Positions 26,722-36,695 of a DNA stretch of 52,621 nt are shown in pieces (the stretch's first letter is position 1; each line of letters begins with the position of its first letter). The notes below the pieces were generated by a model. The model was not told the DNA's origin, ran no database searches, and saw only the letters and a list, made by a program, of their open reading frames with translations. The DNA is from Candidatus Omnitrophota bacterium (GTDB lineage Bacteria; Omnitrophota; Omnitrophia; Omnitrophales; Aquincolibacteriaceae), in NCBI GenBank assembly GCA_035352955.1, contig DAOPYQ010000012.1, forward strand, positions 1 to 52,621. Reading direction: 5' to 3'. A program made the position numbers and the translations under genes.

Positions 26722-27807
26722 ATGTTTTATTTCCTCCATAACCTAAAAGACGTTTCGATCCTTTTTAACATCTTCCGCTACATCACGTTCCGCTCCGCCG
26801 CGGCCAGCGTTACCGCTTTTTTTCTCTGCCTCTGGTTCGGTCCCGTCTGCATCGCGTGGTTGAAACGGCTCCGTGCCGTGACCGATCAGGAACGGGATTT
26901 TATCGAGTCGATCCACGATCAGTTCAAACACAAAAAGGACGTCCCGATGATGGGAGGCGTTCTGATCGTGGGGAGCGTGGTCGTTTCCGTGCTGCTCTGG
27001 GGGAATCTTCTGAACCGGTTCGTCTGGATGATGATCCTTGTGACGCTCTGGTTCGGCTTCGTGGGCTTCCTGGACGACTGGCTCAAGATGCGGACCAAAA
27101 GCTCGGATGGCCTTAGTTCGCTCACAAAACTTCTCGGGCAGGTCCTGATGGGGCTCGCGATCGGGATTTATCTTTATCTCGACCCGAATTTTGACAAGAC
27201 GCTGTATGTGCCGCTGCTCAAGAAGGGGCTTTTCGATCTCGGGATTTATTTCGTTCCTTTTGTGATCCTTGTGCTCGCGGGGGCCTCGAACGCGCTCAAT
27301 TTGACGGATGGGCTGGACGGGCTTGCGATCGGATGCACGATGTTCGCGACTACGACCTTTGCGCTTATCATTTACGTGACTGGACACGCGGATTTTGCGG
27401 CTTATCTGGCGATCCCGTTCGTGCCCGAGGCTGCGGAGGTGACAGTTTTTTGCGCGGCGTTGGCCGGAGCGAGCGCCGGGTTCCTGTGGTTCAATTCTTA
27501 TCCGGCCGAGGTTTTTATGGGAGACACGGGGTCGCTTTCGCTGGGCGGTGCCCTTGGGACGATGGCCGTTCTCACTAAAAAAGAGATCGTCCTGGTTATC
27601 GTCGGCGGGATCTTTGTATGGGAAGCGATCTCAGTGATCCTCCAGGTGGCGAGTTTTAAACTTACCAAGAGAAGGATCTTTTTGATGTCACCGTTCCACC
27701 ATCATCTCCAGCGCAAGGGCTGGCCGGAATCCAAGATCACGACCCGGCTCTGGATCATCGCGTTCATCCTGGCCATCGTTGGCCTCAGCACTTTAAAGGT
27801 TCGCTGA
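26722..27807 (+). CDS. mraY: Phospho-N-acetylmuramoyl-pentapeptide transferase
   Basis: NLTDGLDGLA and FMGDTGSLSLGG motifs in a polytopic membrane protein. Confidence 0.95.
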   Translation: MFYFLHNLKDVSILFNIFRYITFRSAAASVTAFFLCLWFGPVCIAWLKRLRAVTDQERDFIESIHDQFKHKKDVPMMGGVLIVGSVVVSVLLWGNLLNRFVWMMILVTLWFGFVGFLDDWLKMRTKSSDGLSSLTKLLGQVLMGLAIGIYLYLDPNFDKTLYVPLLKKGLFDLGIYFVPFVILVLAGASNALNLTDGLDGLAIGCTMFATTTFALIIYVTGHADFAAYLAIPFVPEAAEVTVFCAALAGASAGFLWFNSYPAEVFMGDTGSLSLGGALGTMAVLTKKEIVLVIVGGIFVWEAISVILQVASFKLTKRRIFLMSPFHHHLQRKGWPESKITTRLWIIAFILAIVGLSTLKVR

Positions 27808-27808
27808 T

Positions 27809-29077
27809 ATGGCGCCGGAACACGGGAAAAAGGTCGTTGTTCTAGGGTTGCGGGATACCGGGACCTTGAGCGCGCTTTACCTCCATGAAAAGGGATACCG
27901 GGTTTTCGCGTCCGATCTTTCCGATACGGAGGATGTGCGAGCCAATTTTTTGAAACTTCAGGCGGCCGGGATCGAAAGCGAATGCGGCCGGCATTCCTTC
28001 GAAAAGATCCTAGAAGCCGATTGGGCCCTGATCTCGCCGGGGATCCCTCCTACGGCAGGGGTTTATCAGAAATTGCACGCGATGGGAAAACCGATCTACA
28101 GCGAGATCGAAGTCGCGAGCTGGTTTTCGGCTGCGAAAACCGTGGTGGCGATCACGGGTTCCTGCGGTAAGACGACGACCGCGACCCTTATCGCGCAGAT
28201 GCTTGAGGCCAGCGGCCGGAAAACCGTTTTGTGCGGGAATATCGGGAACCCCTGGATCGGGGAACTTTCAAGGATCACTCCAGAAACGACGGTCGTGCTT
28301 GAACTCAGCTCCTTCCAGTTGATGCATTGCACCAGCTTCGCGCCGTCCGTCGGGCTGCTTTTGAATGTTTACCCCAATCACATGGATTGGCATGTGGATA
28401 TGCGCGAATATGCCGGTGCCAAGCTTAACCTGTTCCGGGCGATGAAAAGTTCCGGGGTGATGATCTGTCGCCAGACGGATGAAAAACAGCTGTTCCCCGA
28501 TTTTAAGACGGCGGCGCGGCGCGTTTATTTCGATCAAAGACAGGCGTCGGATCCCAACGAGGCGGCGCTTCTGTGTGCGGCCGATGCGCTCGGGTGTGTT
28601 CCGGAAGTGGCGCAAAAAGTATTCCGGGATTTTTGCGGGATCGAGCACCGTCTGGAAAAATTTGCGGAGTGGAACGGTATCAGTTTTATCAACGATTCGA
28701 AGTCCACGACGCCGGCGTCGCTTTTGTGGGCGCTGCGGAAATATCCGGGCGGGCGGGTTGTTTTGATCGCGGGCGGTCATGCTAAGAGCAAGGATTTCGG
28801 AGATCTCGTTCCGGAGGTTCGACAGAAGGTGAAATGTGCCGTCTTGATGGGGGAAGCGACGGAGATGATCCGGGAGTCGTGGGCGGGAGCTGCCCGAATC
28901 GTTGAAGCGGGAAGCTTGGACGAAGCTTGCGCGGCGGCGATCGGAGAGGCGGCTCCGGGCGATACGGTGCTTTTGTCGACCGGTTGTGCCAGCTTTGATA
29001 TGTTTAAAAATTACCAGGAACGCGGAAGACTTTTTAAGGAAAAGATCAAGGAGCGGCTCGGTTCGCGGGTCGGATAA
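27809..29077 (+). CDS. murD: UDP-N-acetylmuramoylalanine--D-glutamate ligase
   Basis: AITGSCGKTTT P-loop, Mur ligase central and C-terminal domains, and position within the dcw order. Confidence 0.93.
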   Translation: MAPEHGKKVVVLGLRDTGTLSALYLHEKGYRVFASDLSDTEDVRANFLKLQAAGIESECGRHSFEKILEADWALISPGIPPTAGVYQKLHAMGKPIYSEIEVASWFSAAKTVVAITGSCGKTTTATLIAQMLEASGRKTVLCGNIGNPWIGELSRITPETTVVLELSSFQLMHCTSFAPSVGLLLNVYPNHMDWHVDMREYAGAKLNLFRAMKSSGVMICRQTDEKQLFPDFKTAARRVYFDQRQASDPNEAALLCAADALGCVPEVAQKVFRDFCGIEHRLEKFAEWNGISFINDSKSTTPASLLWALRKYPGGRVVLIAGGHAKSKDFGDLVPEVRQKVKCAVLMGEATEMIRESWAGAARIVEAGSLDEACAAAIGEAAPGDTVLLSTGCASFDMFKNYQERGRLFKEKIKERLGSRVG

Positions 29078-29080
29078 ACT

Positions 29081-30178
29081 ATGTCGAAAGAAGCGCGCCT
29101 GTTATTCATTGTGACGTTTCTGCTGGTCGGGCTCGGGATCGTGATGATCTACAGCTCGAGCGGGGTGCTTGCGCATGAGAAGTACGGGAATCCCCAGTAT
29201 TATCTGGTCCGCCAGCTTTTCTACGTTTTTCTTGGATCGGTCGGTTTTTTTATCGCGGCGGCGCTCCCGCTCAAATTTTACAAGGACAACGCCCGCGCGT
29301 TCATGCTGCTTGCCATTCTTCTTCTGATGACCGTTTACCTTCCCGTGATCGGACATTCCGCCGGCGGCGCGCGCCGCTGGATCCATCTGGGAGCGTTCCA
29401 GTTTCAGCCCGTTGAATTTGCAAAGCTCGCCTGTTGTATCTATTTGGCCGATTATATTTCGAGAAAGATCGCCTGGATCCAGAAAGGGGACATGCTCGTT
29501 TTTCTTCCACCCCTCATCCTGATCGGGATGGTTTGTGTCCTGACGATCCTCGAGCCGGACCTCGGGTCCGTGGCTTTCATCGTCATGATGACTTCGGTCG
29601 TCTTTTTTGTTTCCGGTCTCCAACTGCGTTATGTGGCCGGAGCGCTTGCGGTGTTGATCCCCGCGCTTTATTTTCTGATCATCCGCGTGCCGTACCGCCT
29701 GAGCCGTCTTGAAGCCTACCTCAATCCGTGGGAAGACCCCCAAGGGTCCGGTTTCCAGATCATCCAGTCCTTTCTGGCTTTCGCGTCGGGAGGGTGGCAC
29801 GGGGTCGGCCTGGGGCAGAGTACGCAGAAGCTTTTCTATCTTCCGTCAAGTCACAATGACTTCATTCTGGCAGTTATCGGGGAGGAACTGGGGATTGCCG
29901 GGGTCTTGGGGGTCATTGCACTCTATGTGATCTTTTTTTTGTGTACGATCCGAATGGCGCGGAAAACCGACCAGCCGTTCGAAAAGATCCTGATCACTTC
30001 GATCACGCTTTTGATCATTCTTCAGACTGTGATCCACATGATGGTTGCCACAGGCCTTGTGCCGACCAAAGGATTGCCGCTGCCTTTTATCAGTTACGGG
30101 GGAAGCTCGATCGTGGCCAATCTGATCGCGGTGGGGATCCTGATGGCCTTGGGCCGCCGGCGAACACGTAGCGTTTGA
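29081..30178 (+). CDS. ftsW: SEDS-family peptidoglycan glycosyltransferase FtsW
   Basis: Polytopic protein with the SEDS C-terminal motif GLPLPFISYGGSS. Lies between murD and murG. Confidence 0.9.
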   Translation: MSKEARLLFIVTFLLVGLGIVMIYSSSGVLAHEKYGNPQYYLVRQLFYVFLGSVGFFIAAALPLKFYKDNARAFMLLAILLLMTVYLPVIGHSAGGARRWIHLGAFQFQPVEFAKLACCIYLADYISRKIAWIQKGDMLVFLPPLILIGMVCVLTILEPDLGSVAFIVMMTSVVFFVSGLQLRYVAGALAVLIPALYFLIIRVPYRLSRLEAYLNPWEDPQGSGFQIIQSFLAFASGGWHGVGLGQSTQKLFYLPSSHNDFILAVIGEELGIAGVLGVIALYVIFFLCTIRMARKTDQPFEKILITSITLLIILQTVIHMMVATGLVPTKGLPLPFISYGGSSIVANLIAVGILMALGRRRTRSV

Positions 30179-30179
30179 T

Positions 30180-31331
30180 ATGACACCCTGTTGCGCCGCT
30201 CCGAAAACTCTTTCACAGGACGTTCCGCCGTCACGCCGTCGCCTGATCGTTTATGCGGGGCCTACAGGAGGGCATCTTTTCCCGGCGCAGTCGTTTGCGG
30301 AAGGGTTCCGTCAAAGTTTTCCGGAATTCCGGATCGAACTGGTCACCAGCCGGCGCGCGGAAGCTCTGACGCTAAAGATGCCCGCTGGCACGTTCGACGC
30401 GGTGCGGTTTCTCCCGGATTTTGGCTTCCCGGTGAGGCTCTCGTGGGGGACGTTCAAACCTTTTTTCCTCGCGCCGTATCTTTTTGTCCGTTCTTTCCTG
30501 GAGCTGGTCCGTGATCGGCCCGTGCTTTGTGTCGGGTTTGCGAGTTTTGTTTCGTATCCCGGCATGATGACGGCCCACTGGCTGGGGATTCCGACGATGG
30601 TGCATGAACAGAATGTGGTTCCCGGAAAAGCGACGCAGTGGCTTGTGCCGTACATGGACGTTGTCGTTGAAAGTTTTGCCGGAACAAAATTCAGGCCGGG
30701 GATCCGGGAGCTTCACACGGCCGGATTGCCGCTTCGTTCCATGATGTCCCGTGCTTTAAACGAGCCGCTCCCGAAGAAGGGGCCGCAGCGTTTGACGCTT
30801 CTTGTGGTCGGGGGATCTCAGGGAGCAAAAGGTTTGAATGAGGCCGTGGTGGGCGCGATGGAAGAGTTGTCGCGTGAAGAAAGAGATAAAATTGCCGTTA
30901 TTCATATTACGGGAAAACAGGACCAGGCCTGGGTGAGCGGGCGCTATAAAGTTCTGGAGCTTCGTGCGGAAGTTCATCCGTTTTGCGGCGATATGGACCG
31001 GATTTTTCGGCGGGCGGATCTGGCCGTGACCCGTGCCGGGGCCAACACGTTGTTTGAACTGGCGTTTTTCGGCGTGCCCGCGCTGGTGATCCCTTACCCG
31101 CATGCGGGAGGACACCAGAAATATAACGCCGAGGCTTTTGCGGAGCGCGGCGGTTTGTTCTATCATGAGGAAGGACCTACAGCAAAAGAATGGTTACTTC
31201 GACAGTTACAGAAATTTCTGAAAGATCCCGGACAGCTGATCCCGATGGCGGACGCCATGAGATCGCTGGCAAAGCCCCGGGCGACGGAAACGCTCGTGAA
31301 GTTAGCGGGAAAATGGATCTCCCGGCCATGA
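30180..31331 (+). CDS. murG: UDP-N-acetylglucosamine--N-acetylmuramyl-(pentapeptide) pyrophosphoryl-undecaprenol N-acetylglucosamine transferase
   Basis: GGHLFPA and GGSQGA motifs, with a GT28 C-terminal domain. Confidence 0.9.
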   Translation: MTPCCAAPKTLSQDVPPSRRRLIVYAGPTGGHLFPAQSFAEGFRQSFPEFRIELVTSRRAEALTLKMPAGTFDAVRFLPDFGFPVRLSWGTFKPFFLAPYLFVRSFLELVRDRPVLCVGFASFVSYPGMMTAHWLGIPTMVHEQNVVPGKATQWLVPYMDVVVESFAGTKFRPGIRELHTAGLPLRSMMSRALNEPLPKKGPQRLTLLVVGGSQGAKGLNEAVVGAMEELSREERDKIAVIHITGKQDQAWVSGRYKVLELRAEVHPFCGDMDRIFRRADLAVTRAGANTLFELAFFGVPALVIPYPHAGGHQKYNAEAFAERGGLFYHEEGPTAKEWLLRQLQKFLKDPGQLIPMADAMRSLAKPRATETLVKLAGKWISRP

Positions 31332-32731
31332 AGATCGTCCATGAGAACCTGATCCGAAACAGCCGTGAAGTCTACCTGATCGGGATTGGCGGAGCGGGGA
31401 TGAGCGGCCTGGCACGAATCCTGAAGCACCTCGGTCTTTCTGTGTCCGGTTCCGATTCTAAAGAATCCTACGCAACGCGGGCGCTCCGGCGCTCCGGGAT
31501 CCCGGTCAATCTCGGGCAGAAAGACGTCGGTTTTGGCTCTTCAGATCTCATCATTTATTCTTCTGCGATCAAGAAAGACCATCTCGAGCTTCAAACGGCG
31601 CGGCGCCTCGGCCGCAAGGTCCACCATCGCGCCGAAGTGCTCGCATCGCTCCTGAATCATGCCGCGACCTCGATCGGGGTGCTCGGCACGCACGGAAAGA
31701 CGACGACGTCTGCAATGATCTCCTATGTTCTTTCGAAACTCGGCGCGAACCCCACATGTTTTGTCGGGAGCGAGATGCTGAACTTTGACACGAATGTTGT
31801 CGCGGGCGGCCGGGATTACTGGGTTTGCGAAGTAGATGAAAGCGACAGTTCCCATGAATATTACGCCCCGAACTATTCGGTGATCACGAACCTGGAACCG
31901 GAACATCTCGATCACTACCAGAATTGGGAGAACCTGACGCAGTCGTTCCGGCGGTTCCTGTCGCAGGTCCGCGATCCGGGCCTGGTGGCTTACTGGGGGG
32001 ACGATCCGGCGCTCAATGCTCTTGTCACGGAGAGCGGGCGTCCGCACGTGAGCTTTGGTTTTTCCGAGGCCTGCGTCTATTCGGCTCAAAATATCCGTCT
32101 CCAACCGTTCGGTTCCGAGTTCGACCTTTTTGAATCCGGCTTTTTCAGCTTGCCGATGCGGCTTTCCGTTCCGGGCCGGCACAATATCGCGAACGCGCTC
32201 GCAACGCTGTCGATTTTGCTTCACCTGGGTTTTGATCTTGAAGAGGTTCGAGATGCGCTGGCGACGTTCAAGGGGACGCGTCGCCGTATGGAGATCAAAT
32301 ACCAAAATCCGCAGTTCCTCGTTCTTGACGATTACGCGCACCATCCTACCGAGGTTAAAGCGGTCCTGCGCGCGTTACATGAAGCCGGGAAGTACGTTCG
32401 AGTGATCTTTCAGCCGCATCGGTTTTCGCGTACCAAAAACCTTTGTTTTGAATTTGCCCGTGCGTTTGATGATGCCGAAGAAGTTGTGCTGACGGACATT
32501 TACGGTGCCGGGGAAGCGAATCCGACGGGCGTGGACGTTGAAGTGATCTATCGCGAAGTCCGGAACTCCGGGCATCCACATGTTTCGGTGATACACAAGG
32601 AGCAGATCATCCCGTACCTTCTGGAGCATCCCTTGCGCGAAGGCGGTGTGATGGTTTTCATGGGGGCGGGGGATATCGGGGAGGTCGCGAATGAATTCGT
32701 CCGGAATATCGGCGCCTGCACTCCTGCGTAA
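31328..32731 (+). CDS. murC: UDP-N-acetylmuramate--L-alanine ligase
   Basis: IGIGGAGMSGLA and GTHGKTTT. ATG 31328 forms an ATGA overlap with the murG stop; the track start 31190 is an over-extension. Confidence 0.94.
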   Translation: MKIVHENLIRNSREVYLIGIGGAGMSGLARILKHLGLSVSGSDSKESYATRALRRSGIPVNLGQKDVGFGSSDLIIYSSAIKKDHLELQTARRLGRKVHHRAEVLASLLNHAATSIGVLGTHGKTTTSAMISYVLSKLGANPTCFVGSEMLNFDTNVVAGGRDYWVCEVDESDSSHEYYAPNYSVITNLEPEHLDHYQNWENLTQSFRRFLSQVRDPGLVAYWGDDPALNALVTESGRPHVSFGFSEACVYSAQNIRLQPFGSEFDLFESGFFSLPMRLSVPGRHNIANALATLSILLHLGFDLEEVRDALATFKGTRRRMEIKYQNPQFLVLDDYAHHPTEVKAVLRALHEAGKYVRVIFQPHRFSRTKNLCFEFARAFDDAEEVVLTDIYGAGEANPTGVDVEVIYREVRNSGHPHVSVIHKEQIIPYLLEHPLREGGVMVFMGAGDIGEVANEFVRNIGACTPA

Positions 32732-33605
32732 CGTCCCGCTCGCGCCCCTGACCACGATGCGGGTCGGCGGTCATGCGGCTTATTTTGCAGAGCCGGAGGG
32801 AGAGGAACAACTCACAAAGCTTCTGGTCTGGGCCCGACAGGAACGTCGGCCCTGTTTCGTGCTTGGAAACGGTTCTAATCTCGTTTTTGATGATGGCGGG
32901 TACGAAGGTCTGGTGATCTCCATGCGGCGTTTCCGGAACGATCTGATCAAGGTCGATCTGGACGCATCGCGGGTAACGGTGTCGGCCGGAGTGAGCCTTG
33001 CACGGCTCGTCAGGTTTTGCCAGGAGTCGGGGCTTGCGGGCACGGAGTTCTTGGCGCAGATCCCGGGCACGGTCGGAGGCGCTCTGGTGATGAACGCAGG
33101 CTTTAGCCGTCACGCGGGACAGCAAAATCAGATAGGCGATCTTGTGGAAGACGTCCGCGTTCTGCAACCGGACGGAACGGCGGTTCATCTCGGGCGAGGC
33201 GAACTGAAATTCTCCTACCGGCACTCGAACCTTGACGGTTTGATCGTGCTGGAGGCAACGCTGACGCTTTGGCGAAGGTCGAAGGACCAGATCCAGCAGG
33301 AAATGCGGGCGAACCTGGAATTCCGGAAGTCCCGGCAGGCGATCCGGGAGCCGAACGCAGGTTCCGTGTTCAAGAATCCCGGTGCGCCGCACCCGAGCGC
33401 GGGGGCGTTGATCGAAAAGGCAGGGCTGAAGGGGAAACAGATCGGAGGCATCCGGGTTTCCGAACAACATGCGAACTATTTTGTTAATCAGGGCGGGGCT
33501 TCCTGTGCGGATGTCACCCGCTTGCTCGAAGAAGTCCAGAAGGCAGTCTTTCATGCAACCGGCATTACTCTGCAACCCGAAATACGCATCGTTCCGAAAA
33601 ATTAA
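32691..33605 (+). CDS. murB: UDP-N-acetylenolpyruvoylglucosamine reductase
   Basis: FAD-binding N-terminus (PLAPLTTMRVGG...) and NAGSVFKNP. GGAGG RBS upstream. Overlaps the murC 3' end by 41 nt. Confidence 0.9.
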   Translation: MNSSGISAPALLRNVPLAPLTTMRVGGHAAYFAEPEGEEQLTKLLVWARQERRPCFVLGNGSNLVFDDGGYEGLVISMRRFRNDLIKVDLDASRVTVSAGVSLARLVRFCQESGLAGTEFLAQIPGTVGGALVMNAGFSRHAGQQNQIGDLVEDVRVLQPDGTAVHLGRGELKFSYRHSNLDGLIVLEATLTLWRRSKDQIQQEMRANLEFRKSRQAIREPNAGSVFKNPGAPHPSAGALIEKAGLKGKQIGGIRVSEQHANYFVNQGGASCADVTRLLEEVQKAVFHATGITLQPEIRIVPKN

Positions 33606-34506
33606 AGTGGGCGTGGTGCGCGGCGGTCTTTCGGCCGAACGCCGCATTTCGCTTCGCTCCGGCCGTGCCGTTACCCGGGCGCTTCGGCGGATCGGTGTTC
33701 CTGTGGTTCCTATCGATCCCGCAGACCGTACGGTGTTCTCAAGGAAAGTCCGCGAAGCGGACCTGCTTTTTATCGCGCTACACGGAAGCGGGGGAGAGGA
33801 CGGTTCCATTCAGGCAAAACTCGAACGGCAAAGGATCCTTTTCACGGGTTCCCCCTCGGTGGCGTGCCGGAGGAGTTTCGACAAGCTGATCAGCAAACGG
33901 CATTTTGAACGTCTCGGGATCCCGACGCCGGAGTACAAGGTGATCGACCGGAAGAATTGGCGCACGGTGGCTGCGCGTTTTCCGGTGCCTTATTTTGTAA
34001 AGCCTCTTGATGGGGGCTCAAGCCAGGGCGTTTTCCTGGTTGAAGATTTCCGGAATTCCGCCGAAAAACTAAGACGGTCTATTTTGCGGTTCGGAAGGCT
34101 GCTGATCGAGAAACGGATCGTCGGGCGGGAGCTTACGGCGGGCCTTCTTGGCGACTTGAAGCTTCCGGTGGTCGAGGTCCGGCCTTCGCGGCCCTTCTAC
34201 GATTACAAAGCCAAATATACGGCGGGGATGACGGTCTACGAAGTTCCCGCAAAGATCCCGGCGATGGTGGCCCGGAAGATCCAGAACATTGCGTGGCGTG
34301 TCTACCGAGGCCTCGGGCTCCGCGGATTTTCAAGGGTGGATGTCATGTTGGACCGGAAGAATCGTCCTTATGTCCTCGAGGTCAATAGTATCCCGGGGTT
34401 GACGGAATTCAGTCTGCTGCCGAAGGCGGCCCGTTCGATCGGGATCGGTTTCGAAGAACTTTGTTTGCGTGTTTTGCAGGACGCCTGGAAACGGCGAAAA
34501 AAATAA
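33553..34506 (+). CDS. ddl: D-alanine--D-alanine ligase
   Basis: KVGVVRGGLSAERRISLRSG N-terminus and ATP-grasp motifs (VKPLDGGSSQGV, EVNSIPGLT). The start is uncertain: ATG 33553 overlaps murB by 53 nt, and the alternative GTG 33607 lies 2 nt after the murB stop. Confidence 0.88.
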   Translation: MQPALLCNPKYASFRKIKVGVVRGGLSAERRISLRSGRAVTRALRRIGVPVVPIDPADRTVFSRKVREADLLFIALHGSGGEDGSIQAKLERQRILFTGSPSVACRRSFDKLISKRHFERLGIPTPEYKVIDRKNWRTVAARFPVPYFVKPLDGGSSQGVFLVEDFRNSAEKLRRSILRFGRLLIEKRIVGRELTAGLLGDLKLPVVEVRPSRPFYDYKAKYTAGMTVYEVPAKIPAMVARKIQNIAWRVYRGLGLRGFSRVDVMLDRKNRPYVLEVNSIPGLTEFSLLPKAARSIGIGFEELCLRVLQDAWKRRKK

Positions 34507-34515
34507 AAGGGAACC

Positions 34516-35331
34516 ATGAGCAAAAAGAGATTTAAAAAAGGGAAGAAAGGCGGATTTTTTTCAGCCATCGGTGGATTATTCCGCGGGATCGGGTGGTTGC
34601 TCTGGAAAGCGTTGCCGCTCGCTCTGATCGTAGGCCTTATCGTGTTCGCGGGTTTCGAGGTGCGGCGGGCCCTGTATGCCGACCGGTTCCTTCGGGTCCA
34701 GGAACTCAAGATCGTTCCTCCCGATGTGCTGTCCCCGCAGAGCATCCGTACCCTGGAAGAAAAGATCCTCAATAAGAATATCCTGCTGCTCGATCTCCGG
34801 AAGATCGCCGCCCAGATTGAGCTCGGGCCCGGCGCGCAGAATGTGCGCGTGGTACGTGAAATGCCCGCGACCGTTCGCGTTGAGATCCAGAAACGCAAGC
34901 CTATCGCCAACGTTCAACTGAAGGAAGGCGGCGCCTACGCGATCGTGGCGGAGGATGGTGTCATCATCGACGCCAAGAAGGAATCCGATCCTGCCTGGAT
35001 CCTGATCGAAGACCGCAGCGAGCCCGTCAAGGAACCGAAGATCGGGTTGCGGATCCAGAATAAGGGATTCCCGGAAGCCCTTCGTTTTATGAAGGTCTAC
35101 CGGAAGCATGAGCTTGCCCGTCGTGAGACCGTGACCCGTATCAGCCTCGACCCGTATGGGAACGTGACCGTACGTCTCGGGGAGGGCCCGGATTTCCAAC
35201 TCGGCCGGAAACCTTCGGAGCGACTTTCGTATCTTGTTAAAGCCCTTTATCTTTTTGAAACGGAACCCCGCGAGAATATTGAATATATGGACCTCCAATA
35301 TGACCGCATTGCAGTCAAAAGGAAACAATGA
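34516..35331 (+). CDS. ftsQ: Cell division protein FtsQ (POTRA-containing)
   Basis: Basic N-terminus, a single TM segment (LLWKALPLALIVGLIVFAGF) and a POTRA-like beta domain. Lies between ddl and ftsA. Confidence 0.8.
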   Translation: MSKKRFKKGKKGGFFSAIGGLFRGIGWLLWKALPLALIVGLIVFAGFEVRRALYADRFLRVQELKIVPPDVLSPQSIRTLEEKILNKNILLLDLRKIAAQIELGPGAQNVRVVREMPATVRVEIQKRKPIANVQLKEGGAYAIVAEDGVIIDAKKESDPAWILIEDRSEPVKEPKIGLRIQNKGFPEALRFMKVYRKHELARRETVTRISLDPYGNVTVRLGEGPDFQLGRKPSERLSYLVKALYLFETEPRENIEYMDLQYDRIAVKRKQ

Positions 35332-36581
35332 CCCCTATCGCAAACGATCTGAAGAACCAGTGCGTTGTCATCTATATCGGTACCCGCAAGGTTGTCGCGG
35401 TCCTGGGGGAGACGGGCGGAAGTCACCCGAGGGTCCTCAAGATAGAGGAAGTCTTTTCGCCCGAAGGCTTTGAAAGGGGGCTCGTTTGCAATCTCCAAGG
35501 CGCGAGCACTTCCCTCGAGAAACTTTTGAACGCGTTGTTGCCGCCCGAAGCCTGGGAACAGGTCCCGGTCTATGTGGTGCTCGGGAGCAGTGGGTTCCGG
35601 ATGTACCGGTTCGCGAGTTGCGAATATTATTCACCCGAACGGCGCACGATCAGTTCCCATGAAGTCCAGTCCGTGGTCCAGCAGACGCGCAATGTCGCGA
35701 CCTTGCCTCTCACGGAATCGATTTTGCAGGCGATCCCGGAATCTTTCCTCGTCAACGACATGCCGGCTGTGCACAATCCCGTGGGGCTTGAGGCCGAACG
35801 GTTGGGCGTAACGCTCCAGATCTATACGATGGAGTTCCAGAACTTTCGCAATATCGCAAAGGTCTTCGAAACGCTCGACCTGGAAGTCGAGGGATATTTT
35901 CCGAAGACCCTTCCTCTTTCGGAAGCCGTCCTGAGCGACGCGGAAAAGCAGGAAGGCGTGATGATTATTGATATTGCTGATGATGCGACCCAACTGGTGC
36001 TTTGGAAGAACGGTCTGCTGGCGGGTGTGCGGACCCTCCCGGTGGGGGGGCATGAACTGACCCGGTGTCTTGCCCAGGACTGGAATATCGAGGACCGGGA
36101 CGCGGAGAAGGTGAAGGAAAATTTTGCGACGCTGGATGTCCGGGAGCTTCAGAGCGACGGGCTTGTCCCGCTCGTTCTACGCAACGAGAAGGTCCAGCAG
36201 TCGATCCCCCGCAGGGAATTTCTCGAAAAATTCTTCAAGCATGCCCACGGGTGGATGGCGAAGATCCTTCAGGAATCCGACACCTTCATGCAGGAGCAGA
36301 AGATCCGTCACCCGCACGTGCTTTTCACCGGCGGGGCGGTCATGACCGAAGGGTTTTTGGAATGGGTCCAGAAGGAATTTTCGCGTGACGGGAAGATCGG
36401 GCTTACGCATTTCGTCGATGCTCCGCAGGAGACCGTCCGGGATGCTTCGATGGCGCCGGCGCTCGGAATGTTCCGTTGGGTCATGGTCCGCGAACGCGCC
36501 CACGAAGCCCTTTTCACCCCGCGCGGTCTGGTCGCGAAGACCGTTGCCGCTGCGCGTGCTTGGTTCGCAAACTACTTCTAA
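35328..36581 (+). CDS. ftsA: Cell division protein FtsA (actin-like ATPase)
   Basis: Actin-fold similarity along the whole length. C-terminal amphipathic membrane-targeting helix (AAARAWFANYF). ATGA overlap with ftsQ. Confidence 0.9.
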   Translation: MTPIANDLKNQCVVIYIGTRKVVAVLGETGGSHPRVLKIEEVFSPEGFERGLVCNLQGASTSLEKLLNALLPPEAWEQVPVYVVLGSSGFRMYRFASCEYYSPERRTISSHEVQSVVQQTRNVATLPLTESILQAIPESFLVNDMPAVHNPVGLEAERLGVTLQIYTMEFQNFRNIAKVFETLDLEVEGYFPKTLPLSEAVLSDAEKQEGVMIIDIADDATQLVLWKNGLLAGVRTLPVGGHELTRCLAQDWNIEDRDAEKVKENFATLDVRELQSDGLVPLVLRNEKVQQSIPRREFLEKFFKHAHGWMAKILQESDTFMQEQKIRHPHVLFTGGAVMTEGFLEWVQKEFSRDGKIGLTHFVDAPQETVRDASMAPALGMFRWVMVRERAHEALFTPRGLVAKTVAAARAWFANYF

Positions 36582-36584
36582 AAT

Positions 36585-36617
36585 CGGAAGACCGCCTCCG
36601 GAAGATTCCGTTTTTTT
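36585..36617 (+). terminator. Candidate intrinsic terminator after ftsA
   Basis: Outer stem CGGAA (36585-36589) / TTCCG (36606-36610) encloses an inner CCG/CGG stem, followed by T7 (36611-36617). Confidence 0.5.
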
Positions 36618-36631
36618 CCTTTCATAAAAAA

Positions 36632-36660
36632 GTAGCAAGCCGCGTTTTTTGGAGTATAAT
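36632..36660 (+). promoter_or_regulatory. Candidate promoter of the gcv operon (-10 TATAAT at 36655-36660; weak -35 GTAGCA)
   Basis: Perfect -10 hexamer 36 nt upstream of the gcvT ATG. Motif match only. Confidence 0.3.
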
Positions 36661-36695
36661 CCTCTCTCCTTTTTCAAATCCGGCATTTCTTATTT

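Noticed and set aside
36582-36695. Glycine riboswitch upstream of gcvT
   Set aside because: The gap is only 114 nt and is largely taken up by a terminator-like hairpin, a T-run and a TATAAT box. I see no tandem aptamer-like conserved cores. This still needs a covariance-model scan to be formally excluded.
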